DNA of 64,000 bases, taken from assembly GCA_030704615.1 (NCBI GenBank), contig CM060731.1:60884001-60948000 (forward strand). Direction: 5' to 3'. The DNA is from Takakia lepidozioides. Lineage: Eukaryota; Plantae; Bryophyta. The notes beneath the pieces are model-generated. The model made no database searches. It had not been told where the DNA came from and saw nothing but the letters and a program-made list of their open reading frames with translations. This document shows, one piece after another, positions 12,801 through 25,100 of the stretch (its first letter is position 1; the number at the start of each line of letters is the position of its first letter). A program made the position numbers and the translations under genes.

Positions 12801-13300
12801 NNNNNNNNNNNNNNNNNNNNNNNNNNNNNNNNNNNNNNNNNNNNNNNNNNNNNNNNNNNNNNNNNNNNNNNNNNNNNNNNNNNNNNNNNNNNNNNNNNNN
12901 NNNNNNNNNNNNNNNNNNNNNNNNNNNNNNNNNNNNNNNNNNNNNNNNNNNNNNNNNNNNNNNNNNNNNNNNNNNNNNNNNNNNNNNNNNNNNNNNNNNN
13001 NNNNNNNNNNNNNNNNNNNNNNNNNNNNNNNNNNNNNNNNNNNNNNNNNNNNNNNNNNNNNNNNNNNNNNNNNNNNNNNNNNNNNNNNNNNNNNNNNNNN
13101 NNNNNNNNNNNNNNNNNNNNNNNNNNNNNNNNNNNNNNNNNNNNNNNNNNNNNNNNNNNNNNNNNNNNNNNNNNNNNNNNNNNNNNNNNNNNNNNNNNNN
13201 NNNNNNNNNNNNNNNNNNNNNNNNNNNNNNNNNNNNNNNNNNNNNNNNNNNNNNNNNNNNNNNNNNNNNNNNNNNNNNNNNNNNNNNNNNNNNNNNNNNN
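12801..13300. other. Assembly gap (500 N, probably a nominal size)
   Basis: Run of exactly 500 N. Confidence 1.
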
Positions 13301-15356
13301 TGTGACTGCAGTAACACCAAAAGAAGGAAAACCATGGGGGGCATCAGAGGAGGGCAGGAGGGGACCCAAGAGAGTGAATCCGACGCCGATTTTGTTCAAG
13401 GTCCTGCGACTGCTGTTGCTCCTACCCGTCACGGTCGTCCGGGTTCCCAAGTCAGTTCGGGAGTGGGACTGGCTCTGCCAAGAAGTTGGCATTTGAGGGC
13501 GAGCCTACACGGCGGTATTCGGCGGTTGACGTTTACGCACAGGCCAAAGCTAGAACCTCCAACCATCATCCAATGCGTCAATGAGAGCTTCCTTGACGCT
13601 CTCGCTGCCAGGGCGAAGAAGGTGGCACACAACAAGTCTCTGGCGGAGCAGAAGGGGAAAGCCAAGAAGAGGGCTGCCGGTACGAGCCTAAAGACACCCC
13701 TGGTTTTGAAGCCATGATGGAATTCTTCACCGCTGTGAGCACGAATTGCAAAGAGCACTCGGGGGGGGTTGAGGTGGAGAGAGCTTGCGACATGATTCTC
13801 CTCGACATTCCAGATGGGGAGCTGCTGGAGGGCCTGGATGGTGTGCCCACCTGGAACAGGTTTACTGAGGACTACTGGAAAGCCGGGTTTGGGCTGGCGG
13901 GGATGCTTCTGGATGACGGTGGATGTGTGGTTGTTTCCTTGCCACGAGAGGGAAGACCACAGAGAATGCGGTGGCAAGGTGGACACCGAAAAGTGTCACC
14001 CCGGTCCTCCTCAGAAAATGGTTCTGCATCAGTACGCAGGGGTTGCGAACAGAGGGCCAAAGTGTAAGTTATCAATCTATTGCATTCACTTCATATTGTG
14101 GTGTATGTTAAGTAGACCCTGGAATTGATCCCTTCTTTGTTGGATGTGCAGACATTGGTGTTTGAGGCATATTGCTTTGTGAAGAGAGGGTCTACGTTCA
14201 AATTCCGCAACGACGGTCGTCTTGTGATGCCGCTGTGGACCCTGTAACCTACGATGTCCTCTACAACTATGTGCCCCACTCTAGTATGCCGAAGGACACA
14301 AAGACAGGCAAACCGTGGCGCGTACAGCCGGACCCGGAGCCCTGCTTTCATCCAAACCCTCATGGAGACGTGCTCGGATGTCCAAGGGCGGATTCTGGAC
14401 CTCACATGCGGCACGGGAAGCCTTCACGTGCTCAGTTTGTCCCCTGGCCCCATTGCAATTGCATGCCGCAAGCTATTAACCGCCTGCTTTGTTCCTCAGG
14501 TGTGCTTCAATGTGGGCAGGACGTTGTCCGACAGGCATGTGTTCGCCTTCGAGCCAGATACTGCCCTCCACAACTCGGAACTTGCAGCGGCTGAACGTCT
14601 GCCGAAAGAGGAAGAGGCATCCTCCGAGGATGAGGAAAAATCCGAGAAGGAGCAGGGGGAGGAAGTTGGGATCGAGGCCGAGGAGCCCCCGGTTTACGAG
14701 TGAGTGGTGGCATTGTAAGTTGCCTCCAGATTTTGTGAGGCACCTCCCTCCGCTCTCTTATTTCATTGAAACCCTTTCTGGTTGTGCTGGTATTGACATT
14801 CTTCAAGTGGATTTGTTCTTACTGTAGGATGCCAAGTACTGCCGGAGGGACGTCTACACCGGAGTTCATGGGCAGGAGGAACGTGCCTTTTTTTGCCAGG
14901 GGGGATTTCATGCCTAGTCCAGAAAGGGAGTACATCCTTCCTACTTATGCTGCCCGGCTTGCTTCGGTGTCCGTTAGGAGGTGTTCCGAACGTAGTCGTG
15001 TACAGCAGATTTTAGACGAGGCAAGCCTCAAGAAAATGAAGATGAGGGAGGAGGCAGCAGCTATTAGAGCCCGTCGGGCTCGTAGATTTGTGTTGGATTC
15101 TGCTGAGGAAAGTGGGGGAGAAGACGCAGAAGATTCCCAGGAGGTGAGGTGGACAGTCCCCCAAGGAGAGGACGGGATTTTTGAGAGGCATAGTGGAACT
15201 GATGCATCACAGAGCTCGGAGGATGAGGGGGATGAGGGGGATGAGGAAGAAGGTGGGGCAAGTTCCTCGGAGGGGTGTAGGAGAGTAGTGCCCATTCCGG
15301 CTATGACAGTTAGAACACACTTGTATAGACGTGGCTTGCCACAAAATTTGCAATAA
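13301..15356 (+). CDS. 3' part of a diverged paralog of the ParB/MTase cargo gene (MTase-like domain + final exon); 5' end lost in the gap; frameshifted
   Basis: CDMILLDIPDG (13786), EDYWKAGFGLAGMLLDDGGCVVV, SPAFIQTLMETCSDVQGRILDLTCGTG, SDRHVFAFEPD. The last intron (14700-14827) and last exon (NVPFFAR.DFM.SP..EVRWTVPQGEDGIFE) match 11517-11988. Confidence 0.75.
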
Positions 15357-15450
15357 AATGTTGCATTTCAAGTCCACTGGTGCCACATTCCAACTTCACA
15401 TGACCCTATTTCCGTGCCTCCTAACCCTATTTCCGTGGACTCACAATGGT

Positions 15451-15509
15451 CTGCTCATGCTTTTTTTTTTTCCGCTCATGCTCATGCCGCTCATGAAATA
15501 GCAGCCCCC
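15451..15509. repeat. MULE terminus (TIR region) with tandem GCTCATG motifs
   Basis: ctgctcatgc..ccgctcatgctcatgccgctcatgaaatagcagccccc, homologous to 44096-44163 and 57600-57677. Confidence 0.75.
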
Positions 15510-16240
15510 GCGGAGTTGGCCAAAGCAGTCCCGAGATGGCACAAGCACTCTGCGTCTTTCCACTAGCAGTCATACCCCTCACTGCCTGAAAAGGCTTTGG
15601 TGAAGTGTCTTACTGTTTGTCAAAAACGGTTAGAGCGTAATAGTTATGGTCCTCAACCCTCGTTTCTTATTCCGAAGCTAAACGCCGTCTCAGTCTTTTA
15701 CAGCTCTCCAAAGACCAATTTATGAAGGTAAAGACTGGGATAAACTGGTCTTTACAGGGGGTAAAAATGAGTAGGTACTTCTTTTTAAAAGCCAAGCAGT
15801 GGTTGGCTGTCCAATCAATCGTGGCCCTTAAAGACCCTTCCAACGTGTCTCACTCTCATCCTAAGAAATTATCGCCATTGCTGAAGAGTCCTTTAGGTCT
15901 CTTTACTCGGCTGATGTGGAGCCTGCCAGCATGGGTCATGCCAGGGAATCTGTCTGTAGCAGAATTCCCGTTATCCTTTCTGGTGAGCAAAGCAACAACC
16001 TGAATGTGCCTTTCTCTGTTATGGAATTAGAAGATGCTTTGAAAGAATTGAAATATCTGAAATCCCCCGGCATTGATGGTATGTGTGGAGTTCTACCAAG
16101 CTATGTGGGCTACTATATCAGCAGATTTCCTTGACATGGCCAATGACATTCTGACTAAGAATATCATGCCATCTCAATTATCGCAGGGGGTTATTATTTT
16201 AATTTTTTTTAAAAGGGGATCATTCGGACATCGCTAACAC
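15510..16240 (+). mobile_element. L1/Tx1-like LINE ORF2 fragment (linker and start of RT), decayed
   Basis: INWSLQGVKMSRYFF; ELEDALKELKYLKSPGIDG; QGVIILI..KGD..DIAN. Confidence 0.7.
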
Positions 16241-16244
16241 TAGA

Positions 16245-16790
16245 AGCATTCGTGTCATTTACCACTGGGGTAACGTTTTGAGTCGTAAAAGTCAAAAAAT
16301 AGGGATCGGACTGGAAGTTACAACAGACCAGTTACAACAGACGTGGTAGTTGGGTTGGACATCCAATGATTGGAGTGGTAAAGGACGTAGACGCGCGAAC
16401 AACTGCTCAGCGATTAATGCGATTAATGCTGAAGAACCACGTGGGTAACCAGGCGGGGGCCGCCCGTGTGTCTGATGTTTTGAGCTGACTTTGATTTTTC
16501 CCTCCGGATGAGTGGACTGACTCACCCGGGGCGCGGTGACACATGGACGCGGACGTGGATGCGGACGTGGATGCCGATGTGGCGGCGCCGCGACGAGCGG
16601 GTAATGCCGCCGCGTGGCCACGGGCTCAAGACGCCACATCGCAGTCAGCCACATAACTTGGAGTGCTGCATGTCACATGGCAACAGCCACTGGCGAAGTC
16701 GACTGCACAACTGCCGGCAGACGAATCCACGGGGACCACGTGGAGAGTGTGTGGGTCGACGCGTGGCGTCGTCCCCACGCAATATCTAAT
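16245..16790. mobile_element. GC-rich non-coding insertion with GACGTGG-type repeats, possibly a MITE remnant
   Basis: Separates two oppositely oriented LINE fragments; repeated gcggacgtggat; no termini pair identified. Confidence 0.3.
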
Positions 16791-17270
16791 GCGCTCCTCT
16801 GCCATTTCCTTGGCCAGGGAGTTGCACAGCTTTCTATAAGCCTGTAACTTATCCAAAAATCTAAGAGTTGGCGAAGAAAAACAACTAGAAGAGCTGGACC
16901 AACACTCCTGCAAGGCCTCTAGGTACTGAGGGACTTTCAAAACATTTACATTAATCTTAGTGAAGCCACCTCCTCTATTTCTGGCCCCTGTAGTAACCAC
17001 ATTGGCCCTAACTTGCCCTAACTTCGGCATGGTCGAATTCAGATAGGATAGACCCATGGGCAGGTAATGGAACCATGGAAGAATTGAAACGGAGAAGTAG
17101 AATCTGTCAAGCCTCGCCATGCACAGACCCGGCGGGATCCTATTGTTGGACCAAAAAAATGCGGGAGAAAGAGGAAATGAGTAATTGTCTGCAAGACCCA
17201 CCGAGAGTATGAGTGCCTCCCATTCTTGAACCTCAAACACTATTTTAACTAATTCTGGACTTTTGTTTGG
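16790..17270 (-). mobile_element. L1-like LINE endonuclease C-terminal/linker fragment
   Basis: FFWSNNR....ARLDRFYFS (APE endonuclease motif); KINVNVLK...EALQECW. Confidence 0.7.
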
Positions 17271-18199
17271 TCCAGAAATAATATGAGAAATATGAATAAA
17301 CAAAATTTATTATTGAAATAAAGCGATATATATATGATTATTTTGGTTATTTTATATACAATATAATCCTCCAAACATTTTTTGGAGACAATATAAGTAT
17401 GTATTGTGGTTTTAGAAGAACATCCACTGCCAAGTTGACGTTCACGAAAAAAATGGGAGGATGCAATAAATTACACCATGATGTGAGGTCAATATGTAAA
17501 ACATTTTGCAAAAAATGGTTGTCATATCAGATGACATACAAAACCAAACATAGAACAATCGATGAAGAGGATGATATGAAAGAATGTGTCCACATACATT
17601 GATGATAAACATTCATATTTTATTAGAGATTGCAACTTTGGCGTTGTAGTCAGACATAATGTAACGTCAACTGTACATCCGTTGGACTTAATGTTATCCA
17701 GCGGCTCGAAGCCATACAACGGCTTACACTAACCCATTAATATTACAGAGCCTCCTCCCAAACGGCTCGCAGTCAAGGCATGTGTTCGAAGACGCCTCCG
17801 GTTACCACAACCACTTGCAACGGTCTCTGCACCAGATGAAACGGAAATACTTTCGGAGAACTCGAACCTAGTAGTAACATTATCATTCGAAATGTTACTT
17901 GGAACTCTACTTGTTGAATCTCTTGATGCCCTTGAAGCCTGTCGGGAAGCCCGCCATTCTTGCCAATCACGAAGCTCTTCTTCTTCTTTTCGAATTCGCT
18001 CCTTGAATGTGACTGGGCAAAACAATTTTTCATATGACAAATGTCAGCTGAAATGTGGAACATTTGTAGAAAAAATGATAAAGTAAAAGTGCAAGTGGAA
18101 GACACTTTCAAGATCAAATTCTCCATAAACAACAAACAGTGGGATAAGTACATACCAAGGTAATCAGGTTCATTTTGTTGTGGGATCCAAACACGAGGA

Positions 18200-18870
18200 T
18201 CAACATATCTTCCATACAGCCCAATAGGCATGGTCACAACCAATAGGCTTACGAGAACACTTGGCAGGGTTCTCGCTGATGTAATCTACGACTGTTGAAG
18301 CTGCAGCCATTTTCAATATATATGGCCACACAGCTTTTGTCATATCATCCTGGTCAACCAATCCCTTTGGTAATGGCTTGTATGAAATAGGGAAGAATCC
18401 AGTATTTGGTGGGTTTCGGAGGCCCTTTGATGGCTCATCATCAATAAGGAGTATTTGTCCCTGCGTTGCAAAGGGTGTACCAGGGTACTTGGCAAGAACA
18501 GTGTGAATATCCTTAACGAGATATTTCATCCCAGGCATGATGTAACCGATAGTGTCTTTGCAATCCTCAGCTGACCAGATGAAGCAAAACTTCTTCACAA
18601 TTTTCGTAGGAACTAAGCACTCGAGCATCCTACAAAGAACATGTCTTTCAGCACATGACCAGATTGCCACGTGAAAATGCATGAACGCAAGGTTGAGAAA
18701 CTCCAAGACTCCGGGCCGGGGAACCACAAAAGGTCTTTCGGGAACATGAACTGTAACTTTCCTGAAACAAAATCTTTCCTTAAACAATTACCCGCCGATG
18801 GAGGTGGCCGGTAGCAAAGGAGATCGTTGACACTCAATATTAACAGCATCCATTTCCTCTTCCCCGATGT
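18200..18870 (-). pseudogene. NIF/FCP1-like HAD-fold domain 1 (degenerate motif I, frameshifted)
   Basis: MLLILSVNDLLC; VPRPGVLEFL..FHVAIWSCA; FIWSAEDC; ILLIDDEPSKGLRNPPNTGFFP. Confidence 0.75.
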
Positions 18871-20416
18871 GGCAAATGAAGTTGATGGACGATACCATCC
18901 TGCGCAATTTAAGTGTTCCCGCCGTCAGAAACAACACAATGTAGTGTTTTTTTAGTTTCAGAGTGACCGATCTACGTTTTTGGAGACATAAGTGTCCCGA
19001 CAATGGACTACTGTAAAGGACCAAGAGTAGACCATATATCGAAGAGTTCGAGATCACGAAAAGATGAACGTCGGTTGTCAAGTGGAGGTTAGTGGACGCA
19101 CCTTGTCGGGAGGCGCATTCAAGAAGTTATGCGGCTCCATATTCGCTTGTATAGAAATTACGGAGTTAGTTTGGGACAGAAAAACAAACTGCAAACGAAA
19201 GTGGAGAAATTGTTTTGAAATGTACCATTGAAGCCTTATTGGAATGTCTTGCAGAAGAACAGTGGATTCCTACGGGCTTGGATTGACGAGGCGCCACAAC
19301 ATCCGAGGGAGTCCTCAAGTGTTTGGAGTCCGTTTTTTTTTTCTTGTCAGCCTTTTGTCCTTTGGAATGTTCCCTGCAGAGGAAGGAAATGGCTCGAGGG
19401 CTCTTTTTCGCCTCTTTGGTGCAGAACATTGTGCGAGCAGTTCAGAGTCACGCGAAATCGATGTTGGAGATGTTTTGTCATTGAACGACAGGAGAAGTGG
19501 AAGGGCAACAACAGGCAAGCACAAAAAATTGTCCCTTGAGCACTCGACATCCTGGATGGAATGAAAACGCAACGAAGGAATAATTTACCTCGGAACTGCA
19601 TTCCAATGCAGGACGTCGTTTGACAGAAAGGTCATAATCTGCAGATTTTCTTACCTGGAGCGACAGATGATATCAGACCCCAAAACTAAGTGAAACTAGA
19701 AGAATGAGCAAGGAGCGAGAAATGAGTTTAAGTCACCCGACTCCTGCGGATTTGGGCTGTCCAACCCTCGTGCTGGGGAGATATGCGAGGAAGAGACAGA
19801 AGCAGGTGTAGCAGAACCGTAGCCGAGTCCCCGACAGTTGCCCTGTGGGTTGGATAGACCGGACCCTGCGTACTGAACATGGAGGGTGAGGAATGTTGGG
19901 AAAGATCGATAAGTCTCCGGGATATTTGTGTTCTTCACCTGCACCTTGGACTTTACCCCCAGGAGGACCCGAGAGGAGAAGAGTGTCGCCCGCTTCCCGG
20001 GGAGGACAAGGGTCTGACAGAGGATCCATCCTCAATTTGAGCACCATCGTGAACCCTCGGAAAGCCTTCAATACTCCGACTCACAGCTGATCCGGAGGGT
20101 TCCTTTAGGGGACTTGAGGAACCGATGATGTTGTCAGCATCTCTTTGAACCTGCCAAAGAGACATAATCATAAATCCGGGAATGTAATAATGCGAACCTC
20201 CACTGAACAGTGGGGGTCACTAGATATAGTCATGTCCTCGTATGAAGGCCTGCATCAGAGTCTTGGGATTGCCCGGAATGTGCGTCAAGAATTCAACTGA
20301 AAATGAGTCAAAATGAGAGTACCATATCTTTCACGTGTGTGATTACAAGGAAATGAAAAAGAAAAACCATGAAGATATTCAATAGCTCGAGTGAGATGGG
20401 ATTGATCAAAAATAAT

Positions 20417-21016
20417 TTATTTTGAAGCATCATATCTGAGACTCTTAAAACCGTTGTCCTCAATAAAATCCCAGAGTGGGCTAAACTTGGGATCGTTTGA
20501 AACATTGGGAAAAAAACTCAACCCTATCCTTTTTTTCCTAAGATAGCTTGAAACAGTGGGATGTTTTCTCATTCCAAGCAAATAGGTCTGAAGAACCTTG
20601 AGAAGATAGCAACCATCAGTCTCAACGGTCTGGAATGGTGTGAGAACAAGACATGAGTCGGGCGGGTTCAATACACGCTTCATGGCGGTGTCGTCAATGA
20701 GCAGAGTGTTACTTTTGGTGTATTGCCCACCAAATCCCTTCCAGACCTTGATCAGTGGCTTCAAAAACAAATGAGGAGGGTCCAATCCTGATTTGAATGA
20801 GGGTGAACCGAAGTAGGGCATGAATACAATCCTCTTGAGACATAACGAAGGCCGGTTGAGGTAGACCACGAAGCAAAAAATCCAGGATGGGCTGCAAGTT
20901 CTTGTACATCATAGAGCTCCAAATCCCTAACCGGTAGTGTTTGTGCAACTCTATCCACACTTTGCGATATTTCTCCCGTCTAAAGACAAGTCGGAATCCG
21001 ACAAGAGCTGGAATTC
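20417..21016 (-). pseudogene. NIF/FCP1-like domain 2, 3' part (split by the Gypsy insertion)
   Basis: YRLGIWSSMMYKNLQPILDFL; FVMSQEDC; FLKPLIKVW..YTKSNTLLIDDTAMKRVLNPP. Confidence 0.75.
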
Positions 21017-22072
21017 TGTCGCGCGGCTTTTACTCACCCATCCCTTCGCTATTCGAGGCGGAAACTCCAAGATGAAGAGTTGGAAATCTCTAAGTACTCA
21101 GCCCGCGCAGAACAATCAGTCATGACCTACAGCTAGTGTATCATGGGGGTGTTTCCTATTTGTTTCCCTTTTGGTATTCATGTTAACTATCTTACCATTG
21201 ATAATTAAGTATCAGTTTGCTTTATCAATCTATTGGATTCCATCAACTCATCCTTTCATTCCACAGCTTCACTCAGATCTCTCTACACAGTGTGTTTGTA
21301 TCGTAAAAGTATCCGATTATGATTTATCAGGTATCAGGCCGAAGCCATTGTGTCTCTAATCTCCTCTACAATATCATTACAGTCTTGCATATATCAAGCA
21401 TCTACTCATCATCTCTCTATCTTCACTTCCGTTCTTCATCTCTGCCCGATCCCCTCTCCTCTATCACCAAGAAGTCCTCCTCCGAATGATGTCCCTCAAT
21501 TCCCCGTTTCTCCCTTTATCTTCCTATCCGCGGTTCTAACCGTTTCCCTCACTAACCGTCGTCTGTGAACTAACATGTTCCTTCGCAGGTGTTGTTCCCA
21601 CAGTCGTTCCCTGTCCTACTCTTCGTTCCCTATGATCATGACAGCTGTGTCAAGCTGTGACTGGCTGTGTGAAACTGTGAAACTGGGGCTGTGACTGGCT
21701 GTGCGACTGTGTTTGGCTGTGTCGGGCTGTGACTGGCTGTGTGGCTGTGTCGGCTGTGACTGTGAGACTGTGACGGGCTGTGTCGGCTATGTCTGCTGTG
21801 ACGACTGTGACGGGCTGTGTTGGCTGTGTCGGCTGTGTTGTGTGTGACGACTGTGACGGGCTGTGTTGGCTGTGTTGGCTGTGACGACTGTGACGGGCTG
21901 TGTTGGATGTGTTGGCTGTGACGACTGTGACGACTGTGACGGGCTGTGTAACCCCCCCTCTACAGTGCGCTGCTCTCACCCCTAAGGCTCCTGTTGGTCT
22001 CAGTCTGTGCAAAAATTAAGGGTACCCTACAGATCCCGTATAAGTGTCTAAGTCCCCGACAGTCCTCTAACA
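21017..22072 (-). repeat. 3' LTR (CACAGC-type tandem repeats at ~21640-21950)
   Basis: tgtcgcgcgg...cctctaaca, near-identical to 33341-34367. Confidence 0.95.
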
Positions 22073-22090
22073 TTACCCCTTCCCCCCTCA
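22073..22090 (-). promoter_or_regulatory. Polypurine tract
   Basis: Minus strand TGAGGGGGGAAGGGGTAA abuts the 3' LTR. Confidence 0.85.
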
Positions 22091-22103
22091 AAAAGACGTG
22101 TCC

Positions 22104-25100
22104 TCACGGTTTACTGATTTCGACTAGCAAACCTTTGTGAGTGAGCACCTTTTGACGTTGAGAGTTTCGTGGCGGACTGTGTGTACGAGCCCGAGGTCTG
22201 TCTCTGGTTGACGGAGATGGTTGATCACTACCTGGATAAGTGAGGCCCTCTGGAGGCTGATATCGAGGTAACCTTTCCGGCATAGGAGACCCCCGTCGCT
22301 TCTTCTCTGCCATCTGAATTGCATAGTCTTCTCCCATGTCAAAAGAATTCGGTGAAGAAACAGTTGTATCAGAATCCTCATCGCCTCTCAGGTGTTTTAA
22401 TTTTCGAACTTTTTGTGTAATCATCTGGGGCATACAATGCTGTCCTACCATGTCTGGAAGTTTGTATTTTACAACATGGTGTAACCGCTGAACAGCAAAA
22501 TTGGTGTAGACACTGAGCTCCTTGTCTGTCCAGGTGAGTGGGGTACCAATTACTGGTGCAGCGTGCAAGTACTTCCATGCCACATGTCCTTTATAGAAAA
22601 TGTCATCAATGCCGAATTTCTGTGTTGACAAATGGTTCCAGGCGCTTGAAACCATGAACGAATTTGAGAATCCTTTTGCATCATAACTTTTGGGTCATAT
22701 AGGTACATATGAGGTGGCACCGAAGGTAATACCCAATGATCTCCACTGGAATAACTTTGAAAGCGTGTTTGCATCTTTTGTTGCTCAATGTGGTAACGTA
22801 CCAGAAAACAAGCAGCGTAGTATAACCCGCACCCCATGACAATACTTGCTATCTCCTTGGTCTTGGTATAAATGAGTCCATGTACAACCTGGAAAGCAAT
22901 CAATTCCCTCAACATGGTACCTGCCTCGTGCCAGTATTGTGCAAAGTGATGATCTTCAATATGTCGATTGTTCGGAAGAACTTTAGTCCTAGTTGCCACT
23001 GGCAGCCAAATACGCATGATTTGGTAGTAATGTGCGAATGACTGCGGAGGACTAAATTCTTTCCAAGCCAAATCCAACATGATGGGAATTTGGTTGAAGG
23101 GCATAATCATAGCCCTACTGTACTCCCTTGCAGCTGGAGTTTTAGGTGGGTTAAAAGCGGCATTGCCCCATACCTCGGCTGTGGTGGCTGTGGTGTGGTT
23201 GTAGTAACCACAGGTTCAGCTACTGGTACAGTGACTTGTTGTGGTGGTGGTGGTACTGGCTCTTGTATCATTGGCATCTCCTGCACCTCCTGTGAAGACT
23301 GAAAAGCCAAAGTTCTGGCTTGTAAATAAGAAGCCATTAGCTGTTCCTGAGGGATATAGACTCTTTGGTCGATGTTTGAAGTGAGGTCTTCCACTTGAGT
23401 CTGGAGTCCGTCTACATCCTCTTGTAACTCTGCTATCCTACTATAGACATTGTCTATAGTAGTTGTGGCAATGTTCTGCACCTGCAGCCTGAGCTCATTC
23501 ATCTCGCTTTGGGTGAGCTTCCGTGGTGCTTTGCCCTCTACTGGCCCTTGTGCTAACCAGACCTGCATAAGGCTGTTATCCACCAAGTTGCTTGTGGTTC
23601 CCCTGAGAGTTTGCTCCTCTCTTAGCTTGTACAATTCCAACTGCTGTTGTAAAGCCTCCATGCGCTTCGCCTGAGGTTCAACCAATTGCGCATAAGCAGC
23701 AAGTAGATTATTGGCTTCCTTCCAAGCCTTGTTATTGACCGCGATTTCATTTCTATTGGCCATGATGGTTTGTTGCAACTCCACGATGTGCTTCTCTTGA
23801 TCAGCTTCAATCTGCCTGTATTGCTTGAAAGTATCTTCATTGCGACAGATTGTATTCTTCATATCGACAATGAGCTTCATTTGCTCAACATTCTCTTCTT
23901 CTGCCTTCGTACATTTTTCCGCTTGACTGTTTATTTCTTTTGTAGATTGGTCAAGCATAGTTGTAAATGTAGCACATTGTATCGCCATCCTGTTATGCAC
24001 TGTCTGCAACTCCGTATGTAGTGCATTCAGTTCTTGCAACTTGCTTTCATGCTGCACCTGCATTTGGTATAGCTGTTGCTTATGTGCTTCGTGCAACTGG
24101 TCTTGCGCGAGGCCTGCCTCAATCAATTGTTCCTTGGCCAATTGCAAAGCCATTTCTGTATTTCCCAAGTCCTGCTTCATCTTGAGAGTGACCTCTTCAT
24201 CGACCTTGTTTGCACACTCAGTGGCTAGTCGAGCCTCAAACTCCTTCCTGAGTTCCTCTCTCAAGGCTGTCAATTGGGTAATTGGAACATGGGATTTGAC
24301 ATAAGTCCCCAACAAATTAAGTGTCCTGCCTATGGAACTCATCAGCATTGCCTGTTGAGGGTCATCATGGTGAGGTTGCTGCTGTTCCTCCTGATCTTCA
24401 ACAGTGTGATGTCTCACTAACCATTCAGGCCATTGTCCCACCGGATTTTCTTCCTGAACTACTTCATCTATCACCGGTGCTACAGTGTCATGACCTTCCG
24501 CCTGTGGTACCTCCGACACAGGTGTGTGTATTATATGCACCTCAGGATTTCCCTTGGGCAACTGTTGCACCTCTGGGATTTCTGTCTCCTTGACCAGACC
24601 AGAATATTCATAGAGAAGGTCCCCCTTCTCTATTTCTGCCACTATCTGTTCTGTAGTTGGAATATCTAACCCTTCACTTTCCAAATCAATTATTTCTGGT
24701 TGAGCTGCATGGATAACTTGTGACCTTGTGACAAGTCGTTCAGGTGGCTGTGATGGTTGTGATGCAGAAGTAACTTCCTCCTCCCTCTCTGAAGGTCCTG
24801 CTTCCAGTAATAGCATTTCTCTGTGCTGCTGTGCCCCTTCCTGGCCATGAGCTTGGGAAACATTATCATGCGGAATCCGTGAAGCCAGTGGATCCGCCAC
24901 TACAGTCTTTCCCCGTCTCTGCCTCTTAGTCTCGGGTTGCCCTGCTAGTCCACCCTCACTGTGTGAAGAGCCTTGCTCTTCCATTGCAGTTGTTTCTGGC
25001 TCAAACACTCCCATTTCCTTTCTTTCTTGCGCATTAAGTATGCCAGAATCAAGGATTATTTGAGCAATGATTGGGCCAGACACTATTATAGGAGACTTTG

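Larger units (their letters stand above)
1..15509. mobile_element. Giant Mutator-like (MULE) DNA transposon, copy A (transposase + palindrome array + ParB/MTase cargo); left terminus just outside the window; spans the N gap
   Basis: MULE transposase at 611-4217(-). The right end ...GCTCATGAAATAGCAGCCCCC (15509) matches the ends of copies B (44163) and C (57677). Bases ~10-20 (CCGCTCATG) mirror the subterminal motif ~210 bp inside copy C's end. Continuity across the gap is unproven. Confidence 0.7.

Noticed and set aside
12343-13717. Long ORFs crossing the N run
   Set aside because: Artefacts of the gap.
6871-15356. Bacterial or phage contamination as source of the ParB-MTase
   Set aside because: Spliceosomal introns are conserved between paralogs and the gene is contiguous with plant transposons.
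21650-22012. ORFs in LTR repeats (also 33957-34307, 49949-50365, 26151-26760)
   Set aside because: Low-complexity translations of CACAGC tandem repeats.
22550-23110. Retroviral envelope call for the 3' ORF
   Set aside because: Only one modest hydrophobic stretch; no signal peptide or fusion motif recognisable.
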